From the NCBI RefSeq assembly GCF_006345805.1, contig NW_021826290.1, positions 1-13,263 of the forward strand: DNA of 13,263 bases, read 5' to 3'. Made by a program: the position numbers and the translations under genes. Within the stretch, counting starts at the first letter, position 1. Each line of letters begins with the position of its first letter. Positions 8,525 through 13,263 of the stretch are shown here, one piece after another. The notes beneath the pieces were generated by a model. It searched no databases. It had not been told where the DNA came from and worked only from the letters and a program-made list of their open reading frames with translations. Source of the stretch: Octopus sinensis (Eukaryota).

Positions 8525-9119
8525 TTACATACATACATGCTTGTATACATCCATGTATGTATGTATCAGCGTAAAATATGATATACACGCATACACACAC
8601 AGACACACACATATATACATATACTGATGTCTATCTATCAATCTCATTCTATATATACGTGCATGCGTGCATATGGTTGTATATACGTATGTGTGTGTAT
8701 ATATAATCTACTTATATGAATATATATGTGTGTGTATATACATGCATATATAATAACATATATATGTATATATATATATATATATATATACACCCCACCA
8801 CACATATATATTTACATAAACACATACATTTACATACACACACACTCACATACACTCACACGTGTGTGTGTTGCTGTTTGTGCGTGTAAGAGTGCGCACA
8901 TATAATCCCTTAGGGAAATGAAAGGGACTAAAAAAAATAGGGGGGAAACCCATAAATAGTGGTTCATTTGATGTCCTTCATAAGTTCCGACATTCCCTCT
9001 TAACTCACTGATTGCTGATAACAATTCCATATGTTATAACTAACACATGTTCCTCTCCCCACCTCCCTCTCCATCTCTCTCTGTCCCTTACTCTCTCTGT
9101 CCCTTACTCTCTCTCTTAC

Positions 9120-9690
9120 ACAGACAGACACAGACACACTCACACGCGCGCGCACACTATAATCTCTTAGTCTTTCTCTCTCTCTCTCTCTCGCACACGC
9201 ACTATATTCTCTTCATCTTTGTCATACACGAACAGTCACATTACACGCACACTCATGCACTACGCTCACACGCATACACACACACACACGCACACGACAC
9301 ACTGCATATGCATATACATACACACGAACATACGCACACGCAGAGGTACACTAGACTCACTCACACACACACACTTACACACACACACTACACACACTAC
9401 ATACATTACAGACACACGCACTACACACACATACACACACACTAGACACTCTCACACACACAAACTAGACACACACACACACACACAAACTAGACACACA
9501 CACACACACACACAAACTAGACACACACACACAAACTAGACAGACACACACACACATACACACAAACTAGACACACACTCATACACAAACTAGACACATA
9601 CACACACACAAACTAGACACACACACACACACACACACACAAACTAGACACACACACGCACAAAATACTCACGCACAAAGCACATACATA
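9120..9690. repeat. (CA)n-rich tract including eight AAACTAGA-(CA)n units at 9461-9655
   Basis: Directly visible. Confidence 0.92.
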
Positions 9691-9694
9691 AGAA

Positions 9695-9955
9695 CCTCTC
9701 TCCCTCTCTCTCTCTCTCTCTCATTATGTATCTCCTTTTCCTTTCCCTTTCTCACTTTTCTTTCTCTCTATTTTCCCCATTCTCCTCGTCATCTCTCCTT
9801 CCCCCTCTCTCTCTCTCTCTGTCTCTCTGTCTTTTTCTCATTCCTCTCTCTCTTATTCACCTCCAATCTTTCTCTTGTCTACCTCTCACTACATTCATCT
9901 CTTCGCTCCCCACCCCACCATCGTTATCTTCTCTTCTCTTCCCTCACTTTCTCTA
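9695..9955. repeat. CT-rich polypyrimidine/(TC)n low-complexity tract
   Basis: Directly visible. Confidence 0.88.
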
Positions 9956-10009
9956 TTACAACGACCAGATATTTGACTCGAATGATTTGTTGCTGGGCTT
10001 AGTTAGCAT

Positions 10010-10230
10010 GCTGTCTATCTGTGTGACGGTCTCACTGCCCGCCTGTGTCTGTCTGTTTGACTGTCTGTCCATCTGTCTGTCTCTGTCTGCAAGTCTCTCC
10101 GTATGTCTGTCTGTCTAACTGTCTGTTTGTCTGACAGGCTGACTGTGTCTGTCCGTCTATCCGTTTGTGTCGGTTTGTCTGTCTGAGTGACTATCTATTT
10201 GACAGTCTGTCTGTCTGTCTGCCAGTCCCT

Positions 10231-10274
<44 letters not shown>

Positions 10275-10410
10275 CCAGTCTGACTTACTATCTAAGTGTC
10301 TGTCTGTGTCTGTCTACCAGTCTGTTTGTCAGGCTGTCTATCTTCGTCTGTCAGGTCTGTCTGTTTGTGTCTGTGTCTCTCTGTCTGAGTGGCTGTCCGT
10401 CCGTCCGTCC

Positions 10411-10442
<32 letters not shown>

Positions 10443-10890
10443 GAGTGACTGTCTGCCTATCTGTCAGGCGGTTAGTCTATTTAGGTAGCCGTCTGCTGAG
10501 TGTCCTTGTGCCTGTGTGCCTTGGTGTTTGTGTGTCTGTGTGTCGATATTTATGTTTATCTGGGTATCAGTCTAGGGATCTGTCTGTCTGTCTGTCTGTC
10601 AGTCAGTCTGTCTCTTTGTCTAGCTGACTGCCTGCCGGACTGCCTGCCTGACTGCCTGCCTGTCTGTCTTTCCGTATGTCTGACTCTTTGTCTGTGTATC
10701 TGTCTATATTTATGTTTGCTTGGGCATCTGTCTATCCGTCTAGGCATCGGTCTATCTGTCTGTCTGTCAGTCTATCTGTCTGTCAGTCTGTCTGTTTGCC
10801 TGCCTGCCTTTCCGACTGTTTAACTCCTTGTCTGTGTGTCTGTCTATATTTATGTTCGTCTGGGTATCAGTCTGTCGGTCTGTCTGTCGT
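10010..10890. repeat. Degenerate (TCTG)n microsatellite tract
   Basis: Directly visible. It is the source of the CLSV ORFs, and traces continue beyond SINE copy 2 to ~11370. Confidence 0.92.
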
Positions 10891-10921
10891 GGTAGCTGTC
10901 ATAGTGGTTGTCTGCTCAGGA

Positions 10922-11299
10922 GGAGGCACAATGGCCCAGTGGTTAGGACAGCGGACTCGCGGTCGTAGGATCGCGGTTTCGATTCCCAGACCGGGCGTTG
11001 TGAGTGTTATTGAGCGAAAACACCTAAAGCTCCACGAGGCTCCGGCAGGGGATGGTGGTGATCCCTGCTGTACTCTTTCACCAAACTTTCTCTCACTTAC
11101 TTCCTGTTTCTGTTGTACCTGTATTTCAAAGGGCCGGCCTTGTCACTCTCTGTGTCACGCTGAATATCCCCGAGAACTACGTTAAGGGTACACGTGTCTG
11201 TGGAGTGCTCAGCCACTTACACGTTAATTTCACGAGCAGGCTGTTTCGTTGATCGGATCAACCGGAACCCTCGTCGTCGTAACCGACGGAGTACTTCCA
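10922..11299 (+). mobile_element. Young tRNA-derived SINE, copy 2, full length
   Basis: Same family as 1181-1569. 13 bp TSD TGTCTGCTCAGGA at 10909-10921 and 11300-11312. Confidence 0.93.
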
Positions 11300-11478
11300 T
11301 GTCTGCTCAGGAATCCATCTGAGTATGTGTCTGTCCGAGTGGCAGTCTTTCTGAATATTTGTCTGTCTCGACAACTGCCTACTTATCATAGTCTAGCAGG
11401 ATGACTAGCGAAGCTCGTTGTCCTTCATAGACGTGGTTGGTCGAAGATGCCGGTTTTTGATCGGTTGACTTCTTGATT

Positions 11479-11866
11479 GGTGTAAGCACTCCGTCGGTTA
11501 CGACGACGAGGGTTCCGGTTGATCCGAATCAACGGAACAGCCTGCTCGTGAAATTAACGTGTAAGTGGCTGAGAACTCCACAGACACGTGTACCCTTAAC
11601 GTAGTTCTCGGGGATATTCAGCGTGACACAGAGAGTGACAAAGCAGGCCCTTTGAAATACAGGTACAACAGAAACAGGAAGTAAGAGTGAGAGAAAGTTG
11701 TGGTGAAAGAGTACAGCAGGGATCACCACCATCCCTGCCGGAGCCTCGTGGAGCTCTAGGTGCTTTCGCTCAATAAACACTCACAACGCCCGGTCTGGGA
11801 ATCGAAACCGCGATCCTACGACCGCGAGTCCGCTGCCCTAACCACTGGGCCATTGCGCCTCCACAA
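11479..11866 (-). mobile_element. Young tRNA-derived SINE, copy 3, full length
   Basis: Reverse complement of copies 1 and 2. 11 bp TSD ACTTCTTGATT at 11468-11478 and 11867-11877. Confidence 0.93.
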
Positions 11867-12641
11867 ACTTCTTGATTAGTTGTTTAGCTGTTCGTTAGTT
11901 GCTGTTGTTTCATTATTGTTTCATATTTCCTATTTCTTAATCTGAAGCTCCTTCTACTGCAGTGTTTCTATAATCGAAATCATTCCATCCATGCCCATCT
12001 CGTATTTCATTTACATTCATTATGTACTCCGAACCACATTATCTACAGTATCTTATTCTAAATAATCTATGGTGTAATTTGAGGTAGGTTTCGCTGCTAT
12101 ATCTATCAAGTTGAGTGGTCACGTTCTCACTTCCTCATTGGCTCGTTTCGTGATTAAAACTGCGAGATATTTTTCAGGCCCTCGTGGGACGTAAAAAGAT
12201 GGATATGGCGCATTATGTTTATTCAATAGTCTGGCTTGGAAGAGCGGGCTACGCTCATACTCTTCGCAGGCCCTAACATAAAAGAAGAGACTGCCTGATA
12301 TTATCAAATTGGCAGGTTCTCCAACTGAAAAGGGATCCTATCCAGGCGCTGTGCCGGTCATCCAATGGAAAATGGCAGTGCTCGTGTTCTTTGCAGGCCC
12401 CTAAAGTAAGATGCGCCTGTAGTCATGGACTTTGCGCGCTCTCAGTTGAGAACGGGTTATGTGTCTGAACTTCTAAAGACACTCCGCTAAAGATGGGATG
12501 TGTCTATGGGTTTCACAGGTCCTTCGATTGTGAAGGAACGGTGCTTAGCGACTTTACTGACCCTGCCTCAACAAAACCAGTAAGGTAGAAATAATAGATA
12601 GATGACTTGAACAACTGTAATTCAAAAGCTACATGACTAAT

Positions 12642-13027
12642 GGTGGAAGCACTCCGTCGGTTACGACGACGAGGGTTCCGGTTGATCCGATCAACGGAAC
12701 AGCCTGCTCGTGAAATTAACGTGTAAGTGGCTGAGCACTCCACAGACACGTGTACCCTTAACGTAGTTCTCGGGGATATTCAGCGTGACACAGAGAGTGA
12801 CAAGGCCGGCCCTTTGAAATACAGGTACAACAGAAACTGGAAGTGAGAGTGAGAGAAAGTTGTGGTGAAAGAGTACAGCAGGGATCACCACCATCCCTGC
12901 AGGAGCCTCGTGGAGCTTTTAGGTGTTTTCGCTCAATAAACACTCACAACGCCCGGTCTGGGAATCGAAACCGCGATCCTACGACCGCGAGTCCGCTGCC
13001 CTAACCACTGGGCCATTGCGCCTCCAC
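12642..13027 (-). mobile_element. Young tRNA-derived SINE, copy 4, full length
   Basis: Reverse complement of copies 1 and 2. 11 bp TSD ACATGACTAAT at 12631-12641 and 13028-13038. Confidence 0.93.
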
Positions 13028-13263
13028 ACATGACTAATACGGGTAGGCATAAAAGGAATTCTTAACATACGTCCTCTGTTTGTTGTTGTTGCTGTTGTTT
13101 CGGTAATAACAATAGTGATTGCTTTGGGAGTAGTTCTAATGTTAGCTACTACAGAGGATGCTGCTGCAGTAGAAGATGAGGCTGCTGTTGATTAGCCACG
13201 AGAGGAATTATCATAAAAGGCGTTCCAGGAATGACATTCTCCAGTATTCTTAATTCTTTATTG

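Noticed and set aside
9047-11185. His/Thr-rich and Ser/Leu/Cys-rich ORFs
   Set aside because: These are translations of (CA)n, (TC)n and (TCTG)n tracts.
11052-12943. Recurrent ORF MVVIPAVLFH...FTSRLFR in several places
   Set aside because: It recurs only because it lies inside the SINE copies, and indels among copies shift or break the frame.

Overview
Non-coding, repeat-saturated eukaryotic DNA. The SINE and microsatellite complement resembles an octopus/coleoid cephalopod genome, which is inferred from recall and not verified. No credible protein-coding gene is present: the supplied ORFs are translations of (TATG)n, (TA)n, (CA)n, (TCTG)n tracts or of SINE bodies. The window holds four young, full-length ~380-390 bp tRNA-derived SINE copies, each with an intact 10-13 bp target-site duplication, two of them forming a close inverted pair. 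It also holds a second SINE with one head and three ~183 bp bodies in A-B-A order, relics of other SINEs, and a ~2.9 kb (TATG)n array with higher-order duplication. The most interesting part is 5.0-8.2 kb, where short unique inserts sit between (TA)n tracts. Three are asymmetric fold-back palindromes, and several carry complete or partial minimal type I hammerhead ribozyme motifs (clearest at 7087-7139 on the minus strand). This matches the footprint expected of microsatellite-targeting Penelope-like retroelement termini.
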